From Octopus vulgaris (lineage: Eukaryota), in the NCBI GenBank assembly GCA_951406725.2, contig OX597838.1, positions 11,656,001 through 11,720,000 on the forward strand: a DNA stretch of 64,000 nt, given 5' to 3'. Under the pieces are notes generated by a model that was given only the letters and a program-made list of their open reading frames with translations, was not told where the DNA came from and ran no database searches. This document shows, in pieces, positions 24,820 through 38,191 of the stretch. Made by a program: the position numbers and the translations under genes. Positions within the stretch are counted from its first letter, which is position 1, and the number at the start of each line of letters is the position of its first letter.

Positions 24820-26638
24820 TCATCATCATTATCACCATCATCATTTAATGTCCATTGTCCATGCTGGCATTGGTTGGATGTTGTGACCAGAGCTGTTAAG
24901 CCGAGGGGCTGCACCAGACTCCAGTCTGATTTGACATGGTTTCTATGGCTGGATTCCCTTCCTAATGCCAACCACTCTGAGAGCGTGATGGGTACTTTTA
25001 TGTGCCACCAGAAATGGGTGCCAATTATGTGACACCAGTATCTGGTATGATTATGATTTCACTTGGCTTGATGGGTCTTTCCAAGCATGGCACGTCACCG
25101 GTGGTCTTGGTCACTAGTCATTGTGTCCACGAGACCCAATGTTCGAAGATTATGCTTCACCACCTTGTCTTGCTGAGTCTACCCCCTCCACAAGCTCCCG
25201 ACACAGAGATCAGCATTTCTTTACACAGCTGTCCTCGTCCATATGCATCAAATGACCTGACCAGCACAGTCGTCTTTTGTACACCACATCTGATGCCTCT
25301 TATGCCCAACATTTCTCTGAAGACACTTACACTCTGTCATACATGCACACTGACACTGAACATCCAACAAAACATACTAGTTTAGTTTCTTTCAAGCCTA
25401 TGCATCTCCTCAACAGTCACAGCTCATATTTCACTGCTGTGTAGCATAGCTGTTCACATACAGGTATCATACAGCCTACCTTTCACACTGAGGGAGAGAC
25501 CCTTTGTTGCCAAAAGATGTAGGAGCTCTTTGAACTTTGCCCAGCCAATTCTTATTCTTGCAGCTGTGCTCTCAGAGCATTCAGCTCTGCTACTGGCTTG
25601 GTCACCTAGATAATGGAAGCTATCAACTACTTCTAGCTTATGCCCCTAGCATTTGATAGGGTCTATTTTCTGTACCTTTTTAGTTTTTATTGTACTTATG
25701 CACCTTCCTCACACAAAAATCATTTTCCCAAATAGAAAACTATTTTCCACACAAAAACTATTTTCCTTCTTCTAATATTGCTGCACCTTTTATGTGTCCA
25801 TAGCCTGCCCTGGGTACATCTCATGGAATTTCTACATATGCCTTTCCAACAGATCGAGCTGGGCCATCTACCTGAAGGGATTTGTGATTTGTCTGCTTTC
25901 CTACTTTCTAAGACTTTCGTTTTTGCTAGGTTAACTCTATGGCACTTCAATTCTAGACCTTCTTTCTACAGTTGAAATTTCTTCTCTAGTTCTGGTAGTG
26001 CTCCAGCTATAAGAACAAGGTCATCAGCACAGAGGAGCTCCCAGGGGCAGCCCATCTTAAATTCCTGTTGTTGCCTGGAGGACTGTGATGGACAGGAGGG
26101 GGCTGAGGACTGATACTTGGTGAACCCCTACTTGTATCCTGAATTCATCACCATACTTGTTGCGAACCCTCACCTTACTGACTGCATCCCTGTACATGGC
26201 TTGTACAGCTCTCAGTAACAATTCATCTATCCCTAGTTTCTGCACTGACCACCAGTTATGGGATCGGGAGACCCTGTCAAAAGCTTTCTCCATGTCAACA
26301 AAAGCCAAGTAAAGAAGTTTATCTTTGGCTAGGTACTTCTACTGCAGCTGTCTTACCAGAAATATAACATCAGTCGTACTTCTCCCTGGCACAAAACCAA
26401 ACTGCATCTCATCTAGACTAACCCTGTCCCTAATTAGTTGAACTATGACCTTCTCTGTGACTTTCATCACCTGATCCAACAATTTGATACCTCTGAAATT
26501 ATTTCTATCTAAGGTGTCCTCTTTACCTTTGTAGCAGTTGACTATGGTACTGCTACACCAGTGATTGGGTATGACTCCTTTGTGTACCACCTGATTAACT
26601 ATACAGGTGACTAGGCCATAACCCACACTGCCAGATAT
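24820..26638 (-). mobile_element. RTE-clade LINE, same family, decayed
   Basis: NFRGIKLLDQVMKV, QFGFVPGRSTTD, DMEKAFDRV, PHD remnant and (TGA)n tail. Confidence 0.9.
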
Positions 26639-27911
26639 ATACACATGCATTAGTTGCATGTATATAAATATCCATATACACACATTCTTGCATGCTTATT
26701 ATTTATCTCACACCTTTGCCTATTTTTTCTTAAAATGTTGGTTTTACTCTGCATGTATGTGTGCATATATACATATACACATATATATGTGAATGTGAGT
26801 GCGTGAAATTGCAATTAATATTCACACCTGTTATCACTCTAATCAATTTGTTCCACCACATCTATTACTTACCTTCTTTATATTCAATTAACAACATCAG
26901 CTGTAACAACTACAAGATGACAAAGAAAACTCTACATGGTTATTTGACCTTCTAGATGTAGCAAGTAAATTTTTCTCAAAATCACAGCCCTTCCATCTTA
27001 AAAATGAAAAGGACACATTGTATACTATATCTAACAAAAGCTATCTACTAATAATCCCCTTAAGCATTTGAAACAGTCTATTGTCTGCCTTTAGATTCCA
27101 GACCTTTCTTCCACATCTGAAATTTCTTCTCTAGGTCAGGTTGTGATTCAGCTATAAGAACAAGGTCATCAGTGTAGAGTTGTTCCTAAAGACAGCAGGT
27201 CAGGAATGAGATTTTCTTGGATGTCTGGGGTGGGAGGATCCTTAGAAGTAGTAGATAGCTTTTATTACCTTATTAACCAAGTTAGCTGTTGAGGAAGATG
27301 CTCTGAAACTGTTGTTGCCAGAATAAGAATGGGCTGGGTAAAGTTCAGAGAGCTTCTAGCTTTGTTGGTAACAAAGGCCCTCTCCCTCAGAGTGGAAGGA
27401 GATTGTGTAATGCCTGTGTGTGGACAGTCATGCTATATGGCTATGAAACATGGGCTGTGGCTGCAGAGGGTATGCACAGGTTTGGAAGAAATGAAACCAG
27501 CATGTCCCACTGGATGTGCAGTGACAGTGTGCATGTACGGCAGAGTGTAAATGTTGTAAGAGAAAAACTGGATATAAGAGGCATCAGATGTTGTGTGCAA
27601 GATCTTGGGACCATACACATAGGAATAGAGGGATGTTCATAGTTGGAATGCCTTTGATTATAGAGTCCACTAGTCAGGGATAAACTTGGGCTATACAACC
27701 AAAACAATACACATTCATTCTTATGAATGTGTGCATATATACATATACATATGTATATGTGAATGTGAGTGCGTGAAATTGCAATTAATAGTCACACCTG
27801 TTATGATGCATATAGCTGAGGATCACAGCATAAAGACGTGCTGATCTCTAACAGTGGAGGAGGCAGACCGAGGATGATGTGAGATGAAGTGGTGAGAAAT
27901 GATCTTCAGAT

Positions 27912-28317
27912 CTCTTTCTCTTTCTTTTTTACTTGTTTCAGTCATTTGACTGCGACCATGCTGGAGCACCGCCTTCTAGTCGAGTAAATCGACCCCAGGA
28001 CTTATTCTTTGTAATCCTAGTACTTATTCTATATCGGTCTCTTTTGCTGAACCGCTAAGTTACGGGGACATAAACACACCAGCATCGGTTGTCAAGCAAT
28101 GGTGGGGGAACAAACACAGACACACAAACATACACACATACATATACATATTTACGACAGGCTTCTTCCAGTTTCCGTCTACCAAATCCACTCACAAGGC
28201 TTTGGTCGGCCCGAGGTCATAGTAGAAGACACTTGCCCAAGGTGCCACGCAGTGGGACTGAACCCGGAACCATGTGGTTGGTAAGCAAGCTACTTACCAC
28301 ACAGCCACTCCTGCGCC
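27912..28317 (-). mobile_element. SINE family A
   Basis: Full-length copy. Confidence 0.9.
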
Positions 28318-28544
28318 TTCACCGAAGTTGAGCTTCACCGAAGAGATGACAAGGGACTGAGACTTCTGGTGATTTGTTGTACTTGAGAAGACATGTTATG
28401 CTAAGAAAAATCGCGGCTATCCATACATAAAAGCATCCCCTTTACAGCCTTGCTCCTTTCCACACACACAAAAGTACCCCACAACTTATCTTCCCAAAAC
28501 ACTGTGTGTTTGTATTTCTTTATATAACCGGAAATAACAGAAGT

Positions 28545-28900
28545 ATTATTTTACCAATTGTGAGCATGTATATATATGTGATATAACGAAGGATATTGCT
28601 GTATACAGTGCTCAGGTGCACTACAACTAAAAACAAAAAAACAAAAGCCATCAGGTGTACTGTTGGTGGATTTCAGGAAGCATGGAAGTTTTGAAGGATG
28701 TAGTGTCTTAACAGCCAACGACTGATGCTGGTAGTTTATTTTATGCTTCAGCAATTCTGAACGTGAAAAAGTGTTTCCGAAAGTGCTGGGTGCTGTGTTG
28801 TTTTATGATTTTATAAGCATGTCTGTGAGTGTTTGTCATATGGAATTTAAAAAGGTGCCCAAAGTTGTTGTTGGAAAGACGGTGGATAATCTTGTTTATA
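28545..28900 (-). mobile_element. CR1-group LINE 3' end, older, inverted relative to 29410-29795
   Basis: RHAYKI.KQHS...FRKHFFTFRIAEA. Confidence 0.8.
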
Positions 28901-29409
28901 ATAAACTTTATTTTACATTTCTTGCCCACAAGAGATTATGTCCGATCCTTAGCATACTTCTGTATGTCTTCTCAAACCATGATCACAGGAAAAGTTGTTG
29001 ATAAGAATTATCAACAAAACCAAAAGCTGATTAATATACACAAGTGTTGCAAATTAAGTTTAATTACCAATAAACATCAGCTTGGACGACACTTTGCTCA
29101 ACTGAGTAAAATATGTAAAATATGGCCTGGACTGTGATTACTAGCATGTACATCAGACTTCAAAAAGTAGTTAACCATTTAATGGTTTTAGTAAATTTAT
29201 AGAGAAAAAGTAAGCATTATATCGTCCAGCATATATAAAAGTCAACTTCCTTATATTTAAGCTCATTAAATGAGTCAACTTCCAGTATGAATATTTATAT
29301 TTTGTAGGTCTTTTTCCAACAAAAAATATTTCTAAAAATATTCTGGAAACGATCAACTCATGTAATTTATGCACCCCATAAAGTCTATTTTTATTTTTGC
29401 AAATTCACT

Positions 29410-29747
29410 GAAGCTCCGGCATCTGGCGATGGACTTGGTAAACACCCACAAAGTTATCAACCACCTCACCAACAACAACAACACTGAACACCTTTTTGAT
29501 CTCCATGTGTCCAACACACGTGGACATGCCTACAAAGTCAGAAAACAACACAGCTCCCATGACTTTCGGAAACATTTTTTCACGCTCAGAGTTGCTGAAG
29601 CATGGAACAAACTGCCTGCGTCAGTTGTTGACTGCCATGACACTGCATCCTTTAAGGTCCTCATGCTTTCCGAAATCCGCCGAAACTACACCTGATTATA
29701 CATACACTTTAGATGAGTTGTAGTGCACCTGGGCACTGTACACAATG

Positions 29748-29795
<48 letters not shown>
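29410..29795 (+). mobile_element. CR1-group LINE 3' end with (ATT)n tail
   Basis: TRGHAYK...RKHFFTLRVAEAWNKLPASVV. Confidence 0.85.
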
Positions 29796-29797
<2 letters not shown>

Positions 29798-30356
29798 AAC
29801 AAAGGGCATAAGTTACAAGGGTTTTTATGGTAGTCTTGATGATGAAATAAATCTTAGAATATTTAAGGCTACAAATACTTTTGCAAAACTTTCTCATTGT
29901 TCATGGGATGAACATGGTGACAGTCTGAAAACTAAAATAAGTGTCTACAAATCTTGTATTTTGAGTACACTTTTGCATGGGGCATAAGCATAGACTCCCT
30001 ACTATAGACATGTAAAGAAACTTGAAACCTTTCACATGTGCTGTCTGTGCAATATCCGTATCAGAAAAATGGCAAAATTTTGGAAAAATCAAATGTCAAA
30101 ATTTTAGGAAAATGTGATATTTCCAATACCAAAAGCATACTGCTGAGAATTCAGTGAGGATGGGCAGGACATGTTGTTCAAATGAAAGCTGACTGCATTC
30201 TGAAAAATTCTTTTGTATGGCCAACTAGTAGAGGGATACTGTGGTAAAGGAAGACCTGTCCTTAGGTACAAGGATAACTTGAAGCAATCACTAAAGTCTC
30301 TACAGCTTAATTTGACATTTTGGGAATTTCATTGCCTTGATTGATCTGCATGGTGT

Positions 30357-30719
30357 TGAGAGGCAGTTGGATGGAACCTACACTCCCCTCCTTATGAGAG
30401 CTCAAAATCTCTCGTGGAAGCGCCATCCAACCAAAATGCAAATATATGGGAAACTACCACCTGTGTCATCTCTTGTGAAAGGTAGGAGAGTCCAGTTTGC
30501 TGGACATTGTTGTAGAGCTGAAAAAGAAGTAATTTCTACTCTTCTCCTCTGGAAGCCATCTACTCGCAATACCAGAGGGCGCACACTCTCCTACCCTGAT
30601 GTAATCTCCAGGGATACAGGCATCCAGCAACAGGACCTCCGTAATGCCAGGATGGACCGTGAAGTCTGGCGTAGCATGGTAAATTCCATTGTCTCGACCA
30701 CGGTCGAACAATGATGATG
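30357..30719 (+). mobile_element. Young 5'-truncated RTE-like LINE end, inserted in an older RTE fragment (~29800-30860)
   Basis: Near-identical to 5598-5913 and 39244-39645. Confidence 0.85.
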
Positions 30720-32512
30720 GTGTAGAATGTATCATGATGCATCAAAACAAATGAAAGAAACAGAACAATAAAAGAATTATATTCTTCAATCAACAGACAC
30801 ATTTGCGCAACCCCAGGCAAAATCTGAATCATCAGTGTCCTCATTGTAACTTCATAGCAAAACTCATCACTGAACTCAAATTACTCTCATACATCCATTG
30901 CAAATAGATGCAACTTCTTTTGTTCTGTTATTTTTAAAGTTGGTCTTTCTTTTTCTCACTTATCTAAAAAAAATTATTTATTGACTTTTTAAAAAAATCC
31001 TCTCCTTCAAACACTCATCATCATCATCATCATCGTTTAGCGTCTGCTTTCCATGCTGGCATGGGTTAGACGGTTCAGCTGGGGTCTGGGAAGCCAGAAG
31101 GCTGCACCAGGCTCAGTCTGATCTGGCAGTGTTTCTACGGCTGGATGCCCTTCCTAATGCCAACCACTCCATGAGTGTAGTGGGTGCTTTTTACATGCCA
31201 GGCGAGGCTGGCAAACGGCCACGATCGGATGGTGCTTTTTACGTGCCACTGGCATGAAGGCAGTTGGGGTGGCACTGGCAACGGCCACATTCGGATGGTT
31301 CTCTTATGTGCCAAAAATGATGGGAGTGACCATCATTATTATTATTATTAAGATGATAAGCTGGCTGAATTGTTAGTGTACCAGACAAAATACTGAGCAG
31401 TATTCTGTCCATTTTTACGTTCCAAGTTCAAATTATGCTTTTCCTCCTTTTGGAGTCAATAAAATAAGTACTAGTTGAGTACTGAGGTCAATGTAATCAA
31501 CTACCATCTCCCTTCCCCCAAATTTCAAGCCTTGTGCCGATAATTGAAAGGATTGTTGCTGTTATTATTATTGTTGTTGTTGTTGTTGTTGTTATTAAGG
31601 TGGTGAGTGGACAGAACCCTTAAGCATACTAGACAAAAATGCTCAGTGGCATGTCTTCTGCCTCTTGGCATTCTGACGTCAAATGTTGCCAAGGTCAGCT
31701 TTGCCTTTCATCTTTTCAGGGTCAATAAAATAAGTCCTGGTTGAGCACTGGGGTCACTGTAGTCAACAAGCCCTTCCCCTATAAATTTCAGGCCTTATGC
31801 CTGTAGTAGAAAGGATTATTATTATGTTCAGTGTGCACATATGTTGAATGAAGATTTTAAGCTGTAACAATGATGTAACTACTTAATCTAAGGTCAAAAA
31901 TTAAAAATTTGTTGTAAGATTTATTAATAACAATTTTGTTGCTTCTGGGCCTCTGGTCCACTCAGCCTTATTTGTTGGGTGAACCTGCCTCCAAACAATA
32001 CAAAAATCATCATTGGTATTTTTTGGTGTTGTGGATCTGATTCCATTGAATTTATCTATCTGTTCTTAGAGGCTGTTATAAGCTAACCCTGAAATCGGTC
32101 CGATATGGTAATAATGGAATTTTTTGGAAATTTCTGTCGACCTTTTTTCGAGTAGCGTGCGGATTGTGAAAAAATTAATGGTTAATGGACAATATGTCCA
32201 ATTTTTCGGCATATTTGGCATTAGAAATTTTTTCGTTTGCCCTTATTTAGGAATTGTTCTTAGAGGACTGTATTAATCTGTTTTTGACCTAAGGAACCAT
32301 AGTAACGGAGACATGAAAATCTTGGACCCAGCTGTGCTTGCTTCTCTTAATGTTTCCTTCTGTCAGCCTCCTATTTACTGTTACTTTCAAAGGGATCATA
32401 CTTGTGGCATTTTCCAAATGAAGGCCAGCTATACCAGTCGTTGACAGGAAGACCTTAAATAGCATAATGATATAACAAAAATGTAGTATTTAATCTTTTA
32501 CAGACTTATATT

Positions 32513-32900
32513 TGGAAGCACTCCGTCGGTTACGACGATGAGGGTTCCGGTTGATCCGAATCAACGGAACAGCCTGCTCGTGAAATTAACGTGTAAGTGG
32601 CTGAGCACTCCACAGACACGTGTACCCTTAACGTAAGTTCTCGGGGATATTCAGCGTGACACAGAGAGTGACAAGGCCGGCCCTTTGAAATACAGGTACA
32701 ACAGAAACAGGAAGTAAGAGTGAGAGAAAGTTGTGGTGAAAGAGTACAGCAGGGATCACCACCACCATCCCCTGCCGGAGCCTCGTGGAGCTTTAGGTGT
32801 TTTCGCTCAATAAACACTCACAACGCCCGGCCTGGGAATCGAAACCGTGATCCTACGACCGCGAGTCTGCTGCCCTAACCACTGGGCCATTGCGCTTCCA
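32513..32900 (-). mobile_element. SINE family C
   Basis: Full-length reverse copy of 2918-3299. Confidence 0.9.
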
Positions 32901-33422
32901 CACAGACTTGTATACTATATCTTTGGATTTAGACCCTCTGTGACTGCCTATAACTGTTGTTGAATCTTATTAAACAAGTCCAACAATAGAATTAAATAAG
33001 GAATCCGTGGGCGTTTGGGATTGGTTGATGAAAACTGGTTGGGAGTACTTACATATCACTTACTGACATCATTAAAACTTGATCTCATTTAGCTGCCAAT
33101 CAGTCACATGCTAATGAGGGGGGTGGCAGGTCAGAGGAGAACCATTGGTTTGTTTTTATGTCAAACATTTAAAGCAGGTTTAAATAGTGACAGATAAGCA
33201 GACACATATTCCTTCACACATGCATTGTCTATCATACACACTTTCACTGGCACACACAAACACACATACAACACACACACATACACACACACACACATAC
33301 ACATAGAGGTACACACCCTGTCTCCTATAATTTCTTGTTTCATTATATGGTGAGACAATTAGTTTATTTGGCAAATGAAGCAAAAATTAATAAAGTAAAA
33401 TATGAAAAGAAATAAACATACC

Positions 33423-33834
33423 GGCACAGGAGTGGCTGTGTGGTAAGTAGCTTGCTAACCAAACACATGGTTCCGGGTTCAGTCCCACTGCGTGGCATCT
33501 TGGGCAAGTGTCTTCTGCTATAGCCCCGGGCCGACCAATGCCTTGTGAGTGGATTTGGTAGATGGAAACTGAAAGAAGCCCGTCGTATATATGTATATAT
33601 ATGTATGTGTGTGTGTGTGTGTGTGTTTGTGTGTCTGTGTTTGTCCCCCTAGCATTGCTTGACAATCGATGCCGGTGTGTTTACGTCCCCATCATGTAGC
33701 GGTTCGGCAAAAGAGACTGATAGAATATGTACTGGGCTTGCAAAGAGTGAGTCCCAGGGTCGATTTGCTCAACTAAAGGCGGTGCTCCAGCATGCCCACA
33801 GTCAAATGACTGAAACAAGTAAAAGAGAAAAGAG
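33423..33834 (+). mobile_element. SINE family A
   Basis: Full-length copy. Confidence 0.9.
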
Positions 33835-33875
33835 AAATACCCTCTGAATCGCTACTGATATATCTTAAGTCATTA

Positions 33876-34438
33876 TCTATATATATAAAACTGTAGTTGT
33901 GTGAGTGTCTGTCCCCTTCGATTTAGATTCCTAACTACTCCCACATTTTGCGGTGCAGTTTAACCAATCCGGGTATCTTATAGTCGTGATTCATATCGAG
34001 CCCGTCTGGGTATTAGCGCGTGTCTACGATGAGTCTACGATTTTAAAAATAATTTAACATCATTTTTTATTCCATTTTAATGCATAATTTTTCGTGTGTC
34101 GATGGCGGCGGAGTTGGCGTCCATGGTCACACCTGCACCTGTTTGCTTCTCCCCCTTCTTCCCTCCCTCGTGAAGCTGTGGGGAAGGGAGTGTAAGGAAA
34201 TCAACGTCGTAAAGCGTTGTCAAGGAGACCAGCATTCTTTTAGAACAACGACTTCATGGCTTGAAGACACCAAAACAGAAAATGTCTACGATGAGTCAAC
34301 GATTTAAAAAAAATTTATCATAATTTTTTTTCCATTTTTAATGCATTTTTTTTTGCTATTTTTTGGCTATAACTCTCTAAAAATGCTTATATAGTTATTT
34401 CCCTTACAAACCCGAGCAACGCCGGGCGATACTGCTAG
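33876..34438 (+). mobile_element. Non-autonomous Helitron
   Basis: A|TCTATATATATAAAA 5' end, subterminal hairpin CCCG-AGCAACGC-CGGG, CTAG|T 3' end, no TSD. Confidence 0.85.
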
Positions 34439-34676
34439 TTCATAATAAACCTCTGTTTGATCCCCAATAACTAATGTACTTTAGATTAAATAACAGATGG
34501 AATGGACAGAAACAGAATTTGATACTTATCTCTCTCTCTCTCTCTCTCTCTCTCCTTTTGTTTTAATTCAGAGAACCTCAGTATGATTGCTTGTCATGCT
34601 AAGAGCAGCAGCCAGATATTCCTCAAATCACCCCCAACTGTCTTAAAAGAAAGAGAACATATTAAATACTGTAGTT

Positions 34677-34891
34677 TCTCTTTTACTCTTTTACTTGTTT
34701 CAGTCATTTGACTGCGGCCATGCTGGAACACCGCCTTTAGTCGAGCAAATCGACCCCAGGACTTACTCTTTGTAAGCCCAGTACTTATTCTATCGGTCTC
34801 TTTTGCCGAACCGCTAAGTGACGGGGACATAAACACACCAGCATCGGTTGTCAAGCAATGCTAGGGGACAAACACAGACACACAAACACAT

Positions 34892-34942
<51 letters not shown>

Positions 34943-35107
34943 TACAACAGGCTTCTTTCAGTTTCCGTGTACCAAATCCACTCACATGGCATTAGTCGGC
35001 CCGAGGCTATAGTAGAAGACACTTACCCAAGATGCCATGCAGTGGGACTGAACCCGGAACCATGTGGTTGGTTAGCAAGCTACTTACCACACAGCCACTC
35101 CTGCACC
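34677..35107 (-). mobile_element. SINE family A
   Basis: Full-length copy. Confidence 0.9.
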
Positions 35108-35506
35108 TAGTTTAGACAAGAAGTGCTATTAAGTTGGACCAGAGATGGGAAACAGGTAGCCCTCTGAAGTATTAAGAGTATTCCTTCTGAATAAAGCACA
35201 ATGTTTAGGGGAAAAATCATAATACTGAAATACATTTTTGTTGATTTAATTTTATTTAAAGCCTAACTTTTCAATTGAGTGTAAATTTTAGGAACACCTA
35301 TTTATATTCCTTTAAAGCACACTTTTCAACCATGTGATTTTGGATTTGGTGCCACTGCACAGCACATTGACCTTAAAGAACAACTGATTATGATAAAGCA
35401 ATGATATAACAAAAGTGATATTTAATTACATCAGTTTCTTTTTTCTGTATAGAAAACTGATTATGATACAAAACAAAACTTCTAAGCAATTGATCCATGC
35501 TTACAG

Positions 35507-35549
<43 letters not shown>

Positions 35550-37819
35550 CTATGCCTGGATGTCCCACCTGTAGCCAACCATTATTCTAAGGTGACTGAT
35601 TCTAATACTGATGATCTTCCTCACCTTAATAGCCTTGACACTGAAATACTATCCAAGACAACAATTATTGATTGGGTCCACCTGCTGGCTATATCCACAA
35701 GCCTGACTTGCCTCTCCCTGATCATCAAAATCCCTACTAAAAATGCTCTGTTCATACTGCTAGGATAAACGATCATGTGATCCAATTTAGGATACTGACT
35801 GAGCATAAACCCACTGGTAATGGTAAAACCTGTAATTGTTGAGTCTCCCAACTCTGTTAAATGCTATAATGTGGTATATAATATCTGGTAATGACTCCAC
35901 AGTCCAACCAGACTAGGGTCTACATAAGGGGTACAATCAATTTCAAGCGATACTTCCAAACCTATGAGCTCCTCCTCAAATAAGACCTCTAACCAATATA
36001 CTTCCCTAGCTACCTAAACATGCTACCTTATCCTGGTCTATAGTTATTGGTGGAACCCCATACAATGCTAACCCCATACAATGCTAACTTTCATGTTTGT
36101 AAATATTGTTGCTGGAAATTGCTCATGATATTACACCAAAATGATACCTCTTTTCTTAATAGATTCTCTGATGCAATCTTTTCCTGTAGACATAAATTTT
36201 ATTCCACCTTTGCTCATTATGTAAGATCATAATTTCTCCTCATGGCTAAATTTCTTTGTTCATTATGTAAATATCAAAATATTATTCTCTTCATAGCTAA
36301 AATTCATTTTTTCATCATACCTTTCTTCTCTCCTACCCCCATTTCCTTACCACAACATGTTTTCCTTCCATGCCACTTTGTTTAGATCTCTGACACACTT
36401 AACAGCTTTATTGCCTGTGACCAACTGTGAGGTTATTGACAATACTTTCTGGAGGCAGGACTTATCTTCTTTCTCTGTTCTTTATAACTTGTCTTTATGG
36501 GGGTTGTTCTTCCTTTTATCTTGTCTCTTAACTACTCTTTCTATCTCACTATTTCCATCTGCTTCCACTATCCTTTTAACCTTTATATTTGTAATCACTA
36601 CTAAATTACTCATATTTGCCAATCTTCTTTTGGAATTACAGTAATAAATTCATATGTAGTGGTCACTAGTTACATACCTATGACATTATGCTCATATCAC
36701 CTGTAAATTATAGTTGTTATCTAACTTCTGGCTTCTTGAAACAGCTGTCAAGATAAGACATATTGTTTCTCTCTCTGTATTCTTAATTTTATAATCTGTA
36801 TTTTTTATGCTCTGTGTAAAGATATGTAGCAAGTCTGTGTTTATCTACCTTATTACTTCTGTCTCTCTCTTTCTCTCTCTCTCTCTACACACACACATAC
36901 ATACATACGTACATACATACATATATACATACATACCTATACACACACATACATACATACATTATATACATACATACATACATACATACATACATACATA
37001 CATACATACATACATACATACATACATACATACATACATACCTATACACACACACACATACATACATACCCGAAGGATTAAAATTAATCAAAAGACATAC
37101 TATGTCCACCCACTGGAAACTCTTATTTAAATCACCAAAATACACTGATAATAGCTCCAGAAATCAACCATCCAAAGGCAAAAGGGCTAAGACAATCGCC
37201 CAGCACACATTTAAGTATCTGGACTCGTGTGGACTGGTTTCTGTACTGGCATAACAACCTCAGCTTCCTCAGCACACGTTACCATGATAGAGACTCCCAA
37301 CCTGTTGTGTTGAAGTCTGCACTGCAAATGATTTGTTTTGTGCTAAATTCATGGCAGCCACCAGGGTGAAAATAATTTCAATATGGAGCAAATAATTCCC
37401 GAGAAAAATAATTCATGAAAAAATAATTCGCAAAGATATCATTGACTCTGTCATTATCTAGTGTAACAACTCAAAAATGATAATAACAGAATCAATAATA
37501 TAGGTGATTGCATGCCCCCAAAAAGCATTTCAAATACTTGAATATATGCTTGGAGATTATCTTCGGATGGTTGATTTATGTAGTTACTATCAGTGTATTT
37601 TGGTGATTTAAATGAGAGTTTTGACTGTTATTTCCAGCAGGTAGACCTTCTTAGTGTGCCCTTTGATTAATTCTAATCCTTCAGCTATTTAATGCTTTTA
37701 TGGGGCCTGCAATCACTTATATTATTGGTTCTGTTATTATCATTTTTGAATTGTTACACTAGACAATAACAGAATCAATGATATCTTTGCAAATTATTTT
37801 TTTTTGTGAATTATTTGCT

Positions 37820-37850
<31 letters not shown>

Positions 37851-37854
<4 letters not shown>

Positions 37855-38154
37855 TGTGACCGACCAGGCTATCAGATGTCGCTAAACATCGCTGGTCACA
37901 ATGCGTTTCGCATTATTTTTTAGCCTTCAAATGACGCCACCCCGCTGGCTAAGCAAGCAGGCCGACAGAAGAAAGAGTGAGAGAAATGTTGTGGCGAAAG
38001 AGTACAGCAAGGATTCGCCACCAGCCTCTGCCGGAGCATCGTGGAGCTTTAGGTGTTTTCGCTCAATAAACACTCACAACGCCCGGTCTGGGAATCGAAA
38101 CCGCGATCCTACAACCGTGAATCCGCTGCCCTAATCACTGGGCCATTGCGCCTC

Positions 38155-38155
<1 letters not shown>
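37851..38155 (-). mobile_element. SINE family C, alternative-tail variant
   Basis: Same head and body, unrelated 3' part. Confidence 0.8.
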
Positions 38156-38189
<34 letters not shown>

Positions 38190-38191
<2 letters not shown>

